NCBI RefSeq assembly: GCF_006345805.1
Contig: NC_042998.1
Location: forward strand, 112,468,001 to 112,532,000
DNA from: Octopus sinensis
Taxonomy: Eukaryota
Length of the DNA: 64,000 nucleotides
Direction of reading: 5' to 3'
The position numbers and the translations under genes are program-made. Shown here piece by piece: positions 24,650 to 37,878 of this stretch. The notes beneath the pieces were generated by a model. It saw only the letters and a program-made list of their open reading frames with translations. It was not told the DNA's origin and searched no databases. Positions within the stretch are counted from its first letter, which is position 1, and each line of letters opens with the position of its first letter.

Positions 24650-24705
<56 letters not shown>

Positions 24706-25373
24706 TGTATATGTATACATGTATATGTATAGCTGTATATGTATAGATGTATTTCTATAGATATACATGTATGTGTATACATGTATGTCTAGATGCATAT
24801 ATATACATATAGATGTACATGTAATATGTACACATATATATACACATATATATATGCATACATATATACACCCATACACGCATACACACATCCACACCCA
24901 CACCCACACACACATATACATAAGTGCAGGTGTGGCTGTGTGGTAACAAACTTGGTTCCAAAACACATGGTCCTCAGTTCAGTCCCACCGTGTGGTAACT
25001 TGGTATGTGTCTTCTGTTATAGCCAGAGACCAACCAAAGCCTTGTCAGTGGATTTTGTAGACAGAAACTGAAAGAATTCAATTGTATGTATATGCATGTA
25101 TATATGTAGGTCTATGTGTGTGCCTTTGTGTTTCTCCCTCATCACTGCTTCACAACTGGTGTTCATTTATTTACATCCCCATAACTTACTGGTTTCACAA
25201 GAAGAAACTGATAGAATAAGTACCAAGCTTATCAAAATATAAAAATGCACTGCGAAGTGTCTCATATTTTTGTTTGCCCACTCAGTTGTATCTATAAATT
25301 TATCTTAGTGTGTGTGTGTATGTGTTTGTGTATGTGTGTGTGTGTATAGATAGATATATATACATATATGTAT

Positions 25374-25408
<35 letters not shown>

Positions 25409-25928
25409 ACATAGTTCTTGAACCGGTACTTCAAGTAACGACTAGGGTAGGGTAACTGACTGCTTATTGTGATCATTCGTCTTTTGGTTTCCTGTAGCTT
25501 TGCTCTCTTTTACAAACCCAGTGAACATATATTTCCTATTTCAAAGAAATTCAAACAATAGATATAAGACCCAAGTTAAAAAGATTTTCAACAATTCAAC
25601 TTCTCTGGTTGACATTAAGATGCCCACCCCCAACAGGGGCCTTAACTCTCACATTTTAGAGCTCCATGGCCTTCATTTTTTAGGAGCAAAATATTTTTAA
25701 CAGGTTCAATAACACTGGAATTTTGGAATATGCGCATAAAAATCAGTAGTATGGGATATATGTGGCACGATTACAAATTTTTTAGGGTATGTAAAGAGTG
25801 AAATAACCCTCATCTGCAATATTGATGAAATCCGAAACATAGATATTCCAGTTCATTACAGAAAATATAACAGAAAAGTCTCATTCTTCAATTGAATGTA
25901 ACCGGGCAAAGCCGGATATCTCTGCTAG
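24373..25928 (+). mobile_element. non-autonomous Helitron with nested SINE and microsatellites
   Basis: 5' part homologous to 18049-18300; 3' end CCGGGCAAAGCCGG hairpin followed by TCTCTGCTAG-T. Linking the two ends as one element is inference. Confidence 0.55.
24925..25235 (+). mobile_element. SINE family B
   Basis: GTGGCTGTGTGGTAAC..GTTCAGTCCCAC..CAAAGCCTTGTCAGTGGATTTTGTAGAC. Confidence 0.8.
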
Positions 25929-26440
25929 TCTCTTATAAATGCACAGCATTAACTAGTACGAAAATATAAAACTTGCAGGTGAAAATCGTGTAACATCGGC
26001 GGCGGTATTGCTAGATCTGCCTTTCTGCCTGTTGAGGGCTTCGTTAGTAGCAAGCATCCACTGGTAATCTCATGCTAAGACAAAATTGGTCGTCACTGAT
26101 ATTATCTCAAGACCAATACCACAACTAATTTTGCTTTCCGCGATGATGTATCTGCTTTAAGCATGACATACAGATTGCTATTTTAAACTAATACTACTTC
26201 TATTTATTGATTTTAGTTAAGACAAACAACCGCAATATTTAACTGAACCGAAGCTGAATCGGATTGTGCGGTGAACCTTGCCACAAACTCTTACATTTTA
26301 GATATTTACAAGCTAAAACTAAATAGAAATATACTGAAATGTTTATTAGATTTAGTGGTAACCCAAAATGTGCCGTAATTGAACTTAACAAACAAATTCT
26401 CATTAATGATTACTTTGCTTAATTTATTTGCTTAAGGCAG

Positions 26441-26758
26441 CCCATCGAAGATGATGACAGCATCGATCCAAAACATTTATCCTTCTCCAGCACCAGCACA
26501 TTGCTTCTCATGGAAGCAAACGTGGCTGACAAGACCGATGCAAAATACACAGATCCTGTAGCACCGACAGCATTGAATGTGACCCCAAAAAACAGCCGCA
26601 GGGGGTTGATGACGACGTCTCCTCCTCTCTTCATGCAGTCCCTTGCGTGCGGTCTCAGAATGCTCTACCTAAGCACCACACATACCATTCGATTAACATC
26701 CAAGGGCAGCAGTTCACTGGGAGGGACACCGGATGAAATGAGAGACCGCTGGAAATAA
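26441..26758 (+). CDS. unassigned 105-codon open frame (candidate exon or repeat-derived)
   Basis: After ..TTGCTTAAGGCAG: PIEDDDSIDPKHLSFSSTSTLLLMEANVADKTDAKY..RDRWK*; GC-richer than flanks; no family recognised. Confidence 0.25.
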   Translation, partial: PIEDDDSIDPKHLSFSSTSTLLLMEANVADKTDAKYTDPVAPTALNVTPKNSRRGLMTTSPPLFMQSLACGLRMLYLSTTHTIRLTSKGSSSLGGTPDEMRDRWK

Positions 26759-27337
26759 TCTTGAAAACGAAATTTTGGACATCCATGAAGCCTGGCTCCA
26801 CTCTAGATCTTGCTGAATGATACCACCCTTGTGAGCTGGTTACCCAGGATCTGAATCTCATGGCCAACCCAGCAGAAATTAAAAACTTAACCAGCACATT
26901 ACACTGACAAAACCCTACCATTGTTATTAAACATTCAAATAAAATTCTTGTCATTAATGCACAGACAAAGTCTACGCTAAATAATAATCTGATAAAAACC
27001 GAATTCCATTAATACATACAAGATTTGTTTGAAGCCCTAACAACCACTAGGGGGGATAAAAATAACAGCTGAGACATCGCTCTTGCTGGTTCCGGTTGAC
27101 AAGATATTGCAGATGGAACCCATCTGTGACGAACGTATAATTCAGTTTTCGTTGCAACATTCAGAGGAAACGTGCAGGCTAAGAAGCGAATCGCTGGTGA
27201 TCCTGATATATGTATGCTGAAGATACAGAAAGGTTCTAAATAAGACGATAATTTAAGTCAGCACTAGAAGAGTTTGCAACATCTTTGAGTAGCTACAGCA
27301 GCTTACACGCTCGCACACACAGACACACACACACACA

Positions 27338-27413
<76 letters not shown>

Positions 27414-27771
27414 ATCAATACAAGCTATTACAATGATATATTAATATATTAAGATATATTAAACACTTATACATAGTATAGTATGTGTGGCTAGCAATTG
27501 AAAACCGAAAAGGAATTAATAAATAAAATTTGCATAATAGCACCAACGATTGCTAAAAATAAGAGTAAAAAAATTAACTCTGACACACACACACACTAGC
27601 ACACTGGCGTATACACACACACACACGCACACACATACACACACACACAGACACACACACGTCGCGCGCGCTCACATATATTCATATCCAGTGAATTCTT
27701 CGAAAAATCATTAGCAGGAAGAAAACAATTATCTATTGTAAGAGATTTATTCCTATCGTCATCATCAGTAG

Positions 27772-27848
<77 letters not shown>
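27772..27848. repeat. (TAG)n microsatellite
   Basis: Directly visible. Confidence 0.95.
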
Positions 27849-27849
<1 letters not shown>

Positions 27850-28001
27850 TATAATATAATGCAACATACAATGTATATCTATACAAATATACACACACAC
27901 ATAAACGCATATACATACACTCACACACTCATACATATACATCTGCATATGTATATATGTGCATGTGAGTGTGTGTATTATATCTTCAGAGGGAGGGAGA
28001 C

Positions 28002-28071
<70 letters not shown>

Positions 28072-28459
28072 GAACTTGAATGGAAAAACTGCCAGAGACT
28101 GACTACACACACACACACACAAACACACACACAGACACACACACAACACACACACACACACACACTCATACACACACATAAGAGTAGGTAAGTGTATATG
28201 TCCTCTCACTCCACAGCTTTGTTCAGCTGTCTGTCAAACATCTCCCAACAGCAGCCCCTACTCTACTTTCCGCCGTCCATCTGCCTCTCCCTCCAACAGC
28301 CCACTAACCCTTCACTATCCCCTGTTATCCTGCCTTCTCCGTTGAATCATTCTCTTTTCCAGCTGCCAACACACCTTTAAAGCAGCACTCTCGTCTTATC
28401 TGTACATTGCTGTTGACACAATAGCATTTTTGACAATGACAACAGCCTGGACAAGCCAT

Positions 28460-28985
28460 AGCAGTAAGTAACAGCAAAAGCAGCAGCAGCAGCAGCAGCA
28501 GTAGCAGTAGCAGTAGCAGTGGAAACAACAGCAACAAGAAAAATAACAATAGTAGCGACATCAGCAACAATAGCAAAAAAAAGAAAAAAACAGAACCAGC
28601 AGCAATAGTAACTATAGGCTCAAGCAACAGCAACAACGACAACTGCAACATTGACAATTGTAAGAATGGTAAGAACAAAAACAACAACAACAACCCTAGC
28701 GACAATAGTTACAGCAACAATCACAACAAGAACAACAGCAGTTGTAACAATAACAACAACAACAAGTAAGGAGACAAAGCAGCCGTAGCAAGAGAAGTTT
28801 CAGAACAGATGCAACGGCAACTATAACAACAACAACAACAACAACTTCAACGGCAATGACTACAACTATAAAAAGAACATCAACAACAACAACTATCAAA
28901 ACAATTATTACAACAACTATAACAATAACTATAACAACACCAACAACTACAACGACAATAACTATAACAACATTATAACAACAAC
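28460..28985. repeat. degenerate (AGC)n/(AAC)n trinucleotide tract
   Basis: Directly visible. Confidence 0.85.
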
Positions 28986-29400
28986 TAGGCGTAGGAGTGG
29001 CTGTGTGGCAAGTAGCTTGTTTACCAACCACATGGTTCCGGGTTCAGTCTCACTGCGTGGCACCTTGGGCAAGTGTCTTCTACTGTAGCCTCGGGTCGAC
29101 CAAAGCCTTGTGAGTGGATTTGGTAGACGGAAACTGAAAGAAGCCCGTCGTATATATGTATGTATGTGTGTGTGTGTATATATGTTTGTGTGTCTGTGTT
29201 TGTCCCCCAACATCGCTTGACAACCGATGTTGGTGTGTTTGCGTCACCGTAAATTAGCGGTTCGGCAAAAGTGTCCGATAGAATAAGTACAAGGCTAACA
29301 AAGAATAAGTCCTGGGGGCGATTTGCTCGACTAAAGGCGGTGCTCCAGCATGGCCACAGTCAAATGACTGAAACAAGTAAAAGAGTAAGAGTAAAGAGTA
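28986..29400 (+). mobile_element. tRNA-derived CORE-like SINE, family B, full length
   Basis: A-box-like GTGGCTGTGTGG, B-box-like GGTTCAGTC, CORE-like CACCTTGGGCAAGTGTCTT, internal (TG)n, tail AGTAAAAGAGTAA. Confidence 0.9.
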
Positions 29401-29434
29401 ACTATAATAACAAAATACTTATAACAACAATGAC

Positions 29435-29800
29435 AACAAGAGCACTCAGAGAGCGGAAACCTCCGCCAAGTCAACACCAACGTACTCTCAACGATTAGCC
29501 AGAATCTGGAAAAAAAAACTCGACTGCTCTCGCAAACGAGAATGCTAAAAATGAACCTGACCGCTCTCAAAAATTAAGTTTTAAAAAAAAAACAGGAAAA
29601 ATAATCCAGAATCCTTGTCCGGTAACGGATCGATCCTAAAATCTAATCAGTTCGTGTCAGTCGCCAGGTCGAACATCCCTGAATGTTTCATTCGAGTATA
29701 TCCAGCGGTTCTTGAGATATCTTGTCCACGGTCAGGCAGACAAACAAACAAACAAACACAACTGAAAACAATACCTCCACCGTAGCGACGGCAGAGGTAA
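29435..29800 (+). mobile_element. Helentron/DINE-1-like non-autonomous element
   Basis: Begins AACAAGAG with subterminal ACCTCCGCC, internal (CAAA)n, and 3' hairpin ACCTCCACCGTAGCGACGGCAGAGGT followed by AAT. Confidence 0.55.
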
Positions 29801-30057
29801 TAATTGTAACACAACTTAACGAACTATCGGAAGCCAATCTAGTCTGGAAAATCCAGGGTTTCCCTTTTCTGTTTATTATTAAAGCATTGTGTATCTAGGA
29901 TTAGATTGTCCAACAAAACTTCCAATACTTTTTAAAGATAGTATAATGCTATTTGAGAGTGAGATTTGGTTGCTATATCAAGTGACCATGTAGCTGTTCC
30001 TTGGTTGGTTCACCAAGCTAATAGCATCACCATATGGTTGAAGAAAAACAACTCATA

Positions 30058-30129
30058 TACTACTACTGCTACTACTATTACTACTACTACTACTGCTACC
30101 ACTACTACTACTGCTACCACTACTACTAT

Positions 30130-30177
<48 letters not shown>

Positions 30178-30200
30178 AACTACTACTACAACTACTACTA
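30058..30200. repeat. (TAC)n microsatellite
   Basis: Directly visible. Confidence 0.95.
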
Positions 30201-30282
30201 CAGACAGCAGCTGTATGACATTATCAATAACAACAATAGGAACCATCACTACCATCTTTATCATCATTATTAACTCGAATAA

Positions 30283-31250
30283 AGGCGACGAGCTGGCAGA
30301 AGCGTTTTCGTCCGTCTCCACGTTCTCAGTTCAAATTCCGCCGTGGTCGACTTTGCCTTCCATGCTTTCGGGGTCGATAAAAATAAGCACCAGTCGAGCA
30401 CTAGAGTCGATGTAATCGACTAATCCCCTCCCACTAAATTTCAAGCTTTGTGCCTATAGCAGAAAGGATTATTAGCTCTAATAGTTAATGACACTTAGCG
30501 GCATCTCGCCTGTCTTTACGTTCTGAGTTCAAATTTTGTCGAGGTTGACTTTGCCTTTCTTCCTTTCGGGGTCGATAAAATAAGAACCAGTTGAGCACTG
30601 TGGTCAATGTAATCTACTTACACCCTCCTCCATAATTTCTGGCCTTGTGTCAATATGTGAAACCATTATTAACTCTAAGCTCAAGGTGGCGAGCCGGCAG
30701 AATCGTTAGTACGCCGGGCGAAATGCTCAGCGAAATTTCGTCTACCGTTACGTTCTGAGATCAAATTCCGCCGAGGTCGATTTGCCTTTCATCCTTTCGG
30801 AGTCGATTAAATAAGCACCAGTTACGCACTGGGATCGATTTAATACCTATGTCTGTCCTTGTTTGTCCCCTCTATGTTTAGCCCCTTGTGGGTAATAAAG
30901 AAATAGGTATTTCGTCTACCGTTACGTTCTGAGTTCAAATTCCGCCGAGGTCGACTTTGCCTTTCATCCTTTCGGGGTCGATTAAATAAGTACCAGTTAC
31001 GCACTGGGATCGATGTAATCGACTTAATCTGTTTGTCTGACCTTGTTTGTCCTCTCTGTGTTTAGCCCCTTGTGGGTAGTAAAAAAAAAGGTATTTCGCT
31101 CTCGCTACGTTCTGAGTTCAAATTCCGCCGAAGTTGACTTTACCTTTCATCCTTTCGGGGTCGATAAATTAAGTACCAGTGAAACACTGGGGTCGATGTA
31201 ATCGACTATCTCTCCCCCCCAAATTTCAGGTCTCGTGTAGAAAGGATTAT
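30283..31250 (+). mobile_element. head-to-tail cluster of five SINE family A units
   Basis: B-box plus body motif recurs at about 30330, 30530, 30760, 30935 and 31115. Confidence 0.9.
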
Positions 31251-31740
31251 TAACTCTAACATCGTCATAATAATCGCTCTCACTATAATTATCGTCACCA
31301 GCATCATCATCATCATCGTCAACCTAGCAAAACTGCACTACTGTGGCCCACGATGCGACAAACACATCGTCGCCACACTACTACAACAACACCAATATAC
31401 CACTACCAGCAATGCACCATGACAACTAACACATCATCACCACCACCGGCGCTGCCGCCGCCACCACTCGGTGTAGTCCCTGGTAAATGTAAAAAGTAAG
31501 GATTGATGTGGAAGCCTTTCATCATAGGTTTGCTCGATCAGAGCTGATTCGAGTCCGACAAGAGCTGTATACCTTTGCATTCTAAGTACGAATCCCAGCA
31601 ATGGTAACTCTGATTGTTGGCCCTCTTGGATACCAATGACGTGATGTCTTGGATACCAATGACATCACCGTCACCACTAAAATGTGCCTTTTGTCTATCA
31701 TTAGGAAAAGCATAGCAGAATCGACAGGATGCCAGATATA

Positions 31741-31741
<1 letters not shown>

Positions 31742-31815
<74 letters not shown>
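31742..31815. repeat. (TG)n microsatellite
   Basis: Directly visible. Confidence 0.95.
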
Positions 31816-31820
<5 letters not shown>

Positions 31821-32621
31821 ATGTGTGTGTTTGTGTGTACAGGTACTCACCACATTACGGATGCCTCAGATCGGAGAGGTTTGCGCTTACAGAAATTGAA
31901 AAGTATGAACATTATTATCGGGATACGGTCTGTAATTTCGCTCTTACGGAAACTTGTATTGCGTAGTTTTAAATTGATAACAATTTAAACTACATTTTCT
32001 TCTAAGATGAATGGCCACTAGCGTTTTAGTTAAGATCAAAGTATATAGTTAACGATTTGAAAAACTATCATCATGTTATATACATACATGCACACATACA
32101 CATATGTATATATAATGCACATAATGTGAGCATATATATACATATATATGTGAATTTGTGTTCATGTATGTGTGCGTGTTTCTATCATCAACACCAGCAC
32201 AACCACCGACAGCAACATTCATACGGAGTATGAAGACGATAGCAAATCCATTTCAAATAAAAACATAATGTGGTATCCTGGTGTATCGGGAAAGTTGAAC
32301 GATTTGTCTTTGATCTTATGTCTATGAGAATTGACTTGAGACTAAACAGCCACAACAATGCAATTAACAAGAACACTATGACTACCAAACCACCAACAGT
32401 AGCCGCCCACCATCACTGGCATCTAAATCAATGTAACCGACATCATCACCATTATCAATTCAACAACTTTTGAATCTAACAGGCTACAACAGATTGCATG
32501 TATGCTAGCACATATGTGTGCATGAGTGTTGACCGCGTCTGTATGTGGGAGTAGGGTAAGTATGTGTGCATGAATGTCTGTGGGTGCGTGTTTATGTCTT
32601 CAGTCAGAAGTAAATAAAAAT

Positions 32622-32992
32622 GTAAAGTTCCTTCCAGAGTCATGTAAACTCAAAGAGCCGGTTTCCCAGTTTCCATGGTGTATATATTCTCCATCGGGAT
32701 GGGACTCAGGTCCGTCACAGGGTTACTCATTTTTGCCGACTGAGTGAAGTGGAGCAACATGAAATAAAGTGTTTTGCTCAAGAACACAACGCGTCGCCCG
32801 ATCCAGGAATCGAAACCACAATCTTACGATCTTGAACCCAACACCTTAACCACGTAGCCACTCGCCTCCGATTGGAGCAACATGAAATGAAGTGTTTTGC
32901 ACAGGAACACAACGCGTCGCCCGATCCAGGAATCGAAACCACAATCTTGCGATCTTGAATTCAACACCCTAACCACGTAGCCCGTGCCTCCA
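32622..32992 (-). mobile_element. SINE family C/D with a duplicated ~120-bp head
   Basis: GGAGCAACATGAAAT..ACAACGCGTCGCCCGATCCAGGAATCGAAACCACAATCTT..CCTCC occurs twice in tandem. Confidence 0.85.
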
Positions 32993-33118
32993 CTATATCA
33001 GAAGTGCAAGGGTCGAATTACCTCTAAAATCTAGTGACCCTTCAGCTAACTGTAATCATATAATACTTTCTCTTACTAAGTCCTTCACCTTTTCATCTCA
33101 TTTTCGTTATTATAGCCA

Positions 33119-33510
33119 TAGGCGCAGGAGTGGCTGGGTGGTAAGTAGCTTGTTTACCAACTACATGGTTCCGGGTTCAGTCCCACTGCGTGGCACCTTG
33201 GGCAAGTGTCTTCTACTATAGCTTCGGGCTGACCAAAGCCTTGTGAGTGAAAGAAGCCCGTCGTATATATGTATATGTATATATGTGTGTGTGTTTGTGT
33301 GTCTGTGTTTGTCCCCACCCACCAACATCGCTTGACAACTGATGCTGGTGTGTTTACGTCTCCGTAACTTGGCGATTCAGCAAAAGCGTCCGATAGAATA
33401 AGTACTAGGCTTACAAAGAATAAGTCCTGGGGTCGATTTGCTCGACTAAAGGCGGTGCTCCAGCATGGCCGCAGTCAAATGACTGAAACAAGTAAAAGAG
33501 TAAAAGAGTA
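33119..33510 (+). mobile_element. SINE family B, full length
   Basis: TAGGCGCAGGAGTGGCTGGGTGGTAAG..GTAAAAGAGTAAAAGAG. Confidence 0.9.
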
Positions 33511-33639
33511 TAGGAGTGAGACAAGTTTTCGCTCTCACAAAACAGATCATTCCTAGGCCAATATCTTTTACTACATATTTGTTGTGGATAATTAATCACC
33601 GTTGTTGTTGAATTTACCTTCAATTTAATATCATTGGAA

Positions 33640-34215
33640 AGAAGTTAGTGGGGCGAAAAGGAACTGTAAATGTTAAATCGATGTTACGCTCGATGTTAAA
33701 TCTGATGATTTAAAAAGATGATCTAAAAAAGAATGATTTAAAAAACTAAGTTATATTGCCAAAACATTACATCTTACAATATCTACATAGGGAACAATAT
33801 GTGACAACAGAGAATATTATGTCAAGTGCTCAAGAAACTATTCCGTTAACTGTCCGGACCTTAGTTTTCCATAGATCAAATGTAGTGCTTAAAATGTAAC
33901 GACCCTTGAGTGTATGGCTCGAGAATCAGAGTCAACTTAATCTATGGATAGTAGACAAAATGGTAATTCGAAAAAAAAAAAGAAAAAAACAGCCGAAAGT
34001 TTATATGACGGTTTGCAGAAAAACGAAGTTGAAACTGTAATGAAAAGACCTTCTGGCTAGTAAAGGTATGTTTGAAAGATTTAAGAAGCACATGAATTTG
34101 CACAGTCTAAAAATGATGGGTGAAACTACGAGTGCTGGAATAGAGTGCTACTAATTATCCTGAGTAGTTGAAGAAAATCATTGCTGAAAGGAACTTTTAT
34201 TTCTCGAGAAGTAGG
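33640..34215 (+). mobile_element. Tigger/pogo transposase N-terminal remnant
   Basis: LSVWLENQSQ..AESLYDGLQK..LASKGMFERFKKHMNLHSLKMMGETTSA (CENP-B-like HTH region) with frameshifts. Confidence 0.7.
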
Positions 34216-34591
34216 GTATGTTCAAAGTGCTTTTACAGTCGTCTTTTTTTTTTTTTCAATCTGGAATAAAATAAACGTTGGCAGGTCAGCTTATTAGATG
34301 TATTGTAATGATATACTAAAATTACAATAATCTAGAACAGTTATAACCGCCTCTCCTTCAAAGGTCTCAAGATTTCCGGAATGCAGCTGGCGCACGTGTG
34401 TGTGTGTGTGTGTGTGTGTAAATAATAATTGTTTCTAGTCTGCGCACAGGGCCAGAATTTTTGAGGGGAGGAGTTTCCATCCAGTACTTGAATTGTTCTT
34501 TATTTCTACATATATTTAGTCAGCATTTTAAATTCATTCATACACACACGCGTATATATATATATATAAATGTTTGCATATCTATCTATGT

Positions 34592-34670
<79 letters not shown>

Positions 34671-34849
34671 CATGCGTACATACATATATACATACACACA
34701 TGTGCCTATATATACACATATATATGCTTATATGTGTGTATGTGTGTATGTGTATACATATGTATGAAAAGGTTACATAAACTTTAATGTCAGTTAATTT
34801 CTGTAAAAGTTTAGATATATTTCTTTCAGATGTTTACAGATCTAAAGGT

Positions 34850-35320
34850 GTCTGGAACTTACATTCTATGGGTAATTCCACAGAAGATGAGAAGAATTGT
34901 AAAATGCTTTCGACACCTCCTGCAGTGTAGAAATGGACAATGGCAACTAAATATGGGTGTGTTTAGGGGCGTAAGTTAAACTTCCTTTCTGTAGACTTCT
35001 GTCAATTTACTGTTTCGAGTGGCGCTAAGTTTGTCAGGAAGTAAATTCCAAGATGACTGAGCGCCAGGGAAAAGCAATTAAGTATTAGCACAAATATTGT
35101 AAACACATAGATACCTACCTGGAGAGGAGATGCAATAATGATTTAAGAAGACGGAAATGGCTTCGTGAAGACTCTAAAATTCTTTAAGCAGATGTAATCG
35201 TATTATAGAGAAACATTTTGTAAACAACTTCGGAGGAATATTTCAAATTATCAATTTCTGGCGCTGATGTATTTCTGACTTAGAGGGCTTTACGTAATGC
35301 AGAACCGCGTTACATTCCAG
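34850..35320 (-). mobile_element. possible very old CR1/L2-type LINE 3' remnant
   Basis: Minus-strand SSWNLLPDKL resembles the LWN.LP motif of these RTs. Confidence 0.3.
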
Positions 35321-35576
35321 TTGTAGCTCTTACAACACGCACACGCACGTGCTCATAGAGGCACGCGTACGCTCGCATACACACGAACATACACATACAT
35401 ACAATACATAGAAAATGGGTATGTCCGTGTGTGTGCGTGTGTGTCTTAGCGAGTGTGTGTGTGTTTGCAAATATACATGCTCACGCATACGTACATAAAT
35501 ATTTACATAATCATATATACATACATTTCTATATCCATTTCAGTATATCCATATTTGTATGTGATTACATATACAC

Positions 35577-35621
<45 letters not shown>

Positions 35622-36650
35622 AACACACGTATATGTATACATATACATATAAATGCATATATACAAATAGATATGTACACATGCAAACATAAATACATAC
35701 TTATTTACATAAATAAAAGCTGATATATGTAGTCCTTAAGTATATCCTCGGGTAAACAAGCAAGTAGTTAAGCTAAACTATACACATATTTAGGCAAAAA
35801 AGATATATATGTAACTATGTCGGCGAGTAAGAAGTCAAATTATTTTTCACCGACTAAATACCATGACTCGACAGAAGTAATTATTTATGTATAAGAGACA
35901 AATACATTGTTGCACTATGAATTGCCACTTTTGTTTTTTAGCCCTAGGTCAACCTTGATGAAGCAAACATAAGATCGAAAGCATTTCCGTCATGATGGTA
36001 TCGTTGTTTGTTTGTTTGTTTGTTTTTTCAGTGTGTCTAGGGTTACGTTATTTAATAAGTCCTTCCTTTTAACGGGAGTAGTGCGCGTGTGTTTTTCGAG
36101 GGATTTGGGGAGAGTGGCTGCTACAATGTCTTCCTTAGGTATTGAACTCTCACCCACCAGTTTAATTATTACATTTCACGATTAACTCTCATATACAAGA
36201 AAACAGAATGGAAAATATTTAACCATCTCAATGTCTCGAAGAACAACGAGACATTGGAATGGTGAATATAGGCTTTGAAGTACAAGATGTTATACCCTTC
36301 AGAAAAAATACTTCGTTATGCATTGCTCAGTCTATTCAGGTGAAAATGCGCCTAGTTTTGGTACGGCCGTTCCTCTGTCACATCCTAGAGGTGCGGCTGA
36401 GTCAAAGATTGAGATGGTCATGAAGGTGCCTATGTCTGCTGGCGACCATATTGAGACCGAATGCAATTAGTGAAAGTATAGCGCGTGTTGCCAATCATGC
36501 CCGTTTGTGTGTGACTCTCGTTGGCTCTCGTGGACTCGTGAGCATTACTTACGTCAGACATTCTGTATATTACACTTGTTCAGACGGAGAAAGAGAATGC
36601 AGCATAATAAGTAGGATTATATCTAAGAGGAGATTATCTATTGTATAGAC

Positions 36651-36833
36651 CAGTGCTCCTTAACCTTTTTTCACCTGAGGTACAAATATTCTTTTCAAAA
36701 TTCGGTGGAACGCCTGGACTAAAAATACAACTAAAAGCATAGGGAAAAACTTATATTCAGGTTACACAACGGCACATCTAGCATCATCTCGTGGCACGTC
36801 GGTGTGTCGCAGGCCACCGGTTGCGGAACACTG
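36651..36833. mobile_element. hAT MITE, 183 bp
   Basis: Imperfect TIR CAGTGCTCCTTAACC/GGTTGCGGAACACTG; perfect 8-bp TSD GTATAGAC. Confidence 0.9.
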
Positions 36834-37036
36834 GTATAGACAACAGACCGAGAATAATCCATTTGCCTGCATTTAATAAAAGATTCGTTTCTAAATTCTG
36901 ATAACATTACCAATTGTCACAGCACCAGAAGAAGGCCGAAGAGTGCAAAGGTGCTAAGCGTTATAACTATGGCAACTAAAATAAGGACACTTGGTTGGAT
37001 ATATCAGTTTATAACAACGACAGTTCATCATCTCAG

Positions 37037-37235
37037 AAGCGGCGAGCTGGCAGAAACGTTGGCACGCCGGACGAAATGCTAACGTCTGTCTTTACGTTCT
37101 GAGTTCAAATTCAACCGAGGTCGACTTTGCCTTTCATCCTTTCGAGGTCTATAAATTAAGTACCAGTTGCGTACTGGAGACAATCTAATCGACTTGCCCC
37201 TTCCCCAAATATTTCGAGCCTTGTGCCTGGAGTAG
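37037..37235 (+). mobile_element. SINE family A
   Basis: GCGGCGAGCTGGCAGAAACGTTGGCACGCCGG..GAGTTCAAATTC. Confidence 0.9.
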
Positions 37236-37274
37236 GAAAACAAAAAAGAAAAAGTTCTTCATCTCAGAATTAAA

Positions 37275-37420
37275 CTTGCAGGTGTTACTGTCCGCTAAGG
37301 GGTTCGCGTCCCAACCAAACGGCCCCCGGGTCCAGTCCTACTGCGGAGCACCTTGGGCAAGTAGACTAAAGTCTTGTGAATGGATTTGGTAGACGGAAAC
37401 TGAAAGAAGCCCGTCGTATG
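37275..37420 (+). mobile_element. SINE family B, degenerate 5' part
   Basis: CACCTTGGGCAAGT..GGATTTGGTAGACGGAAACTGAAAGAAGCCCGTCG. Confidence 0.7.
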
Positions 37421-37634
37421 TTTTATGTGGGAGGGGGCTCTGTGTGTGTGGGCGTACGTGTTTACAAACAACAAAAATAAGTGCTCAGTACAGACGTAGA
37501 GCGTAAAGATAAATTTTGTAGGACTGAGATTATTCTGACTATGTCAGAGTTTCGCTGCAGAAAATTTCTGGACACGTAACGGAGTAACAGGCAATCTTAA
37601 CATCAATCACATACGCACACACCGCGCATGCACA

Positions 37635-37675
<41 letters not shown>

Positions 37676-37878
37676 ACACACATACACACAGATATACACA
37701 CATATACCAATACATGCATACACACACCAGAAACACAGACATACATATACATACACATATATGTATACACACACATCTACATACACACACGCACATACAT
37801 ACATACATACATACATACATACATACATACATACATACATACATACATACATACATACATACATACATACATACATAC

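Noticed and set aside
27040-27222. Minus-strand acceptor TTTCTGTATCTTCAG followed by an open frame
   Set aside because: No consensus donor found and the peptide is not recognised
28160-28176. Perfect donor AG/GTAAGT
   Set aside because: Preceded directly by (CA)n microsatellite with no plausible exon
31625-31668. 17-bp direct repeat forming the hairpin GTGATGTC-TTGG-ATA-CCAA-T-GACATCAC
   Set aside because: Single short occurrence, most simply a local template-switch duplication
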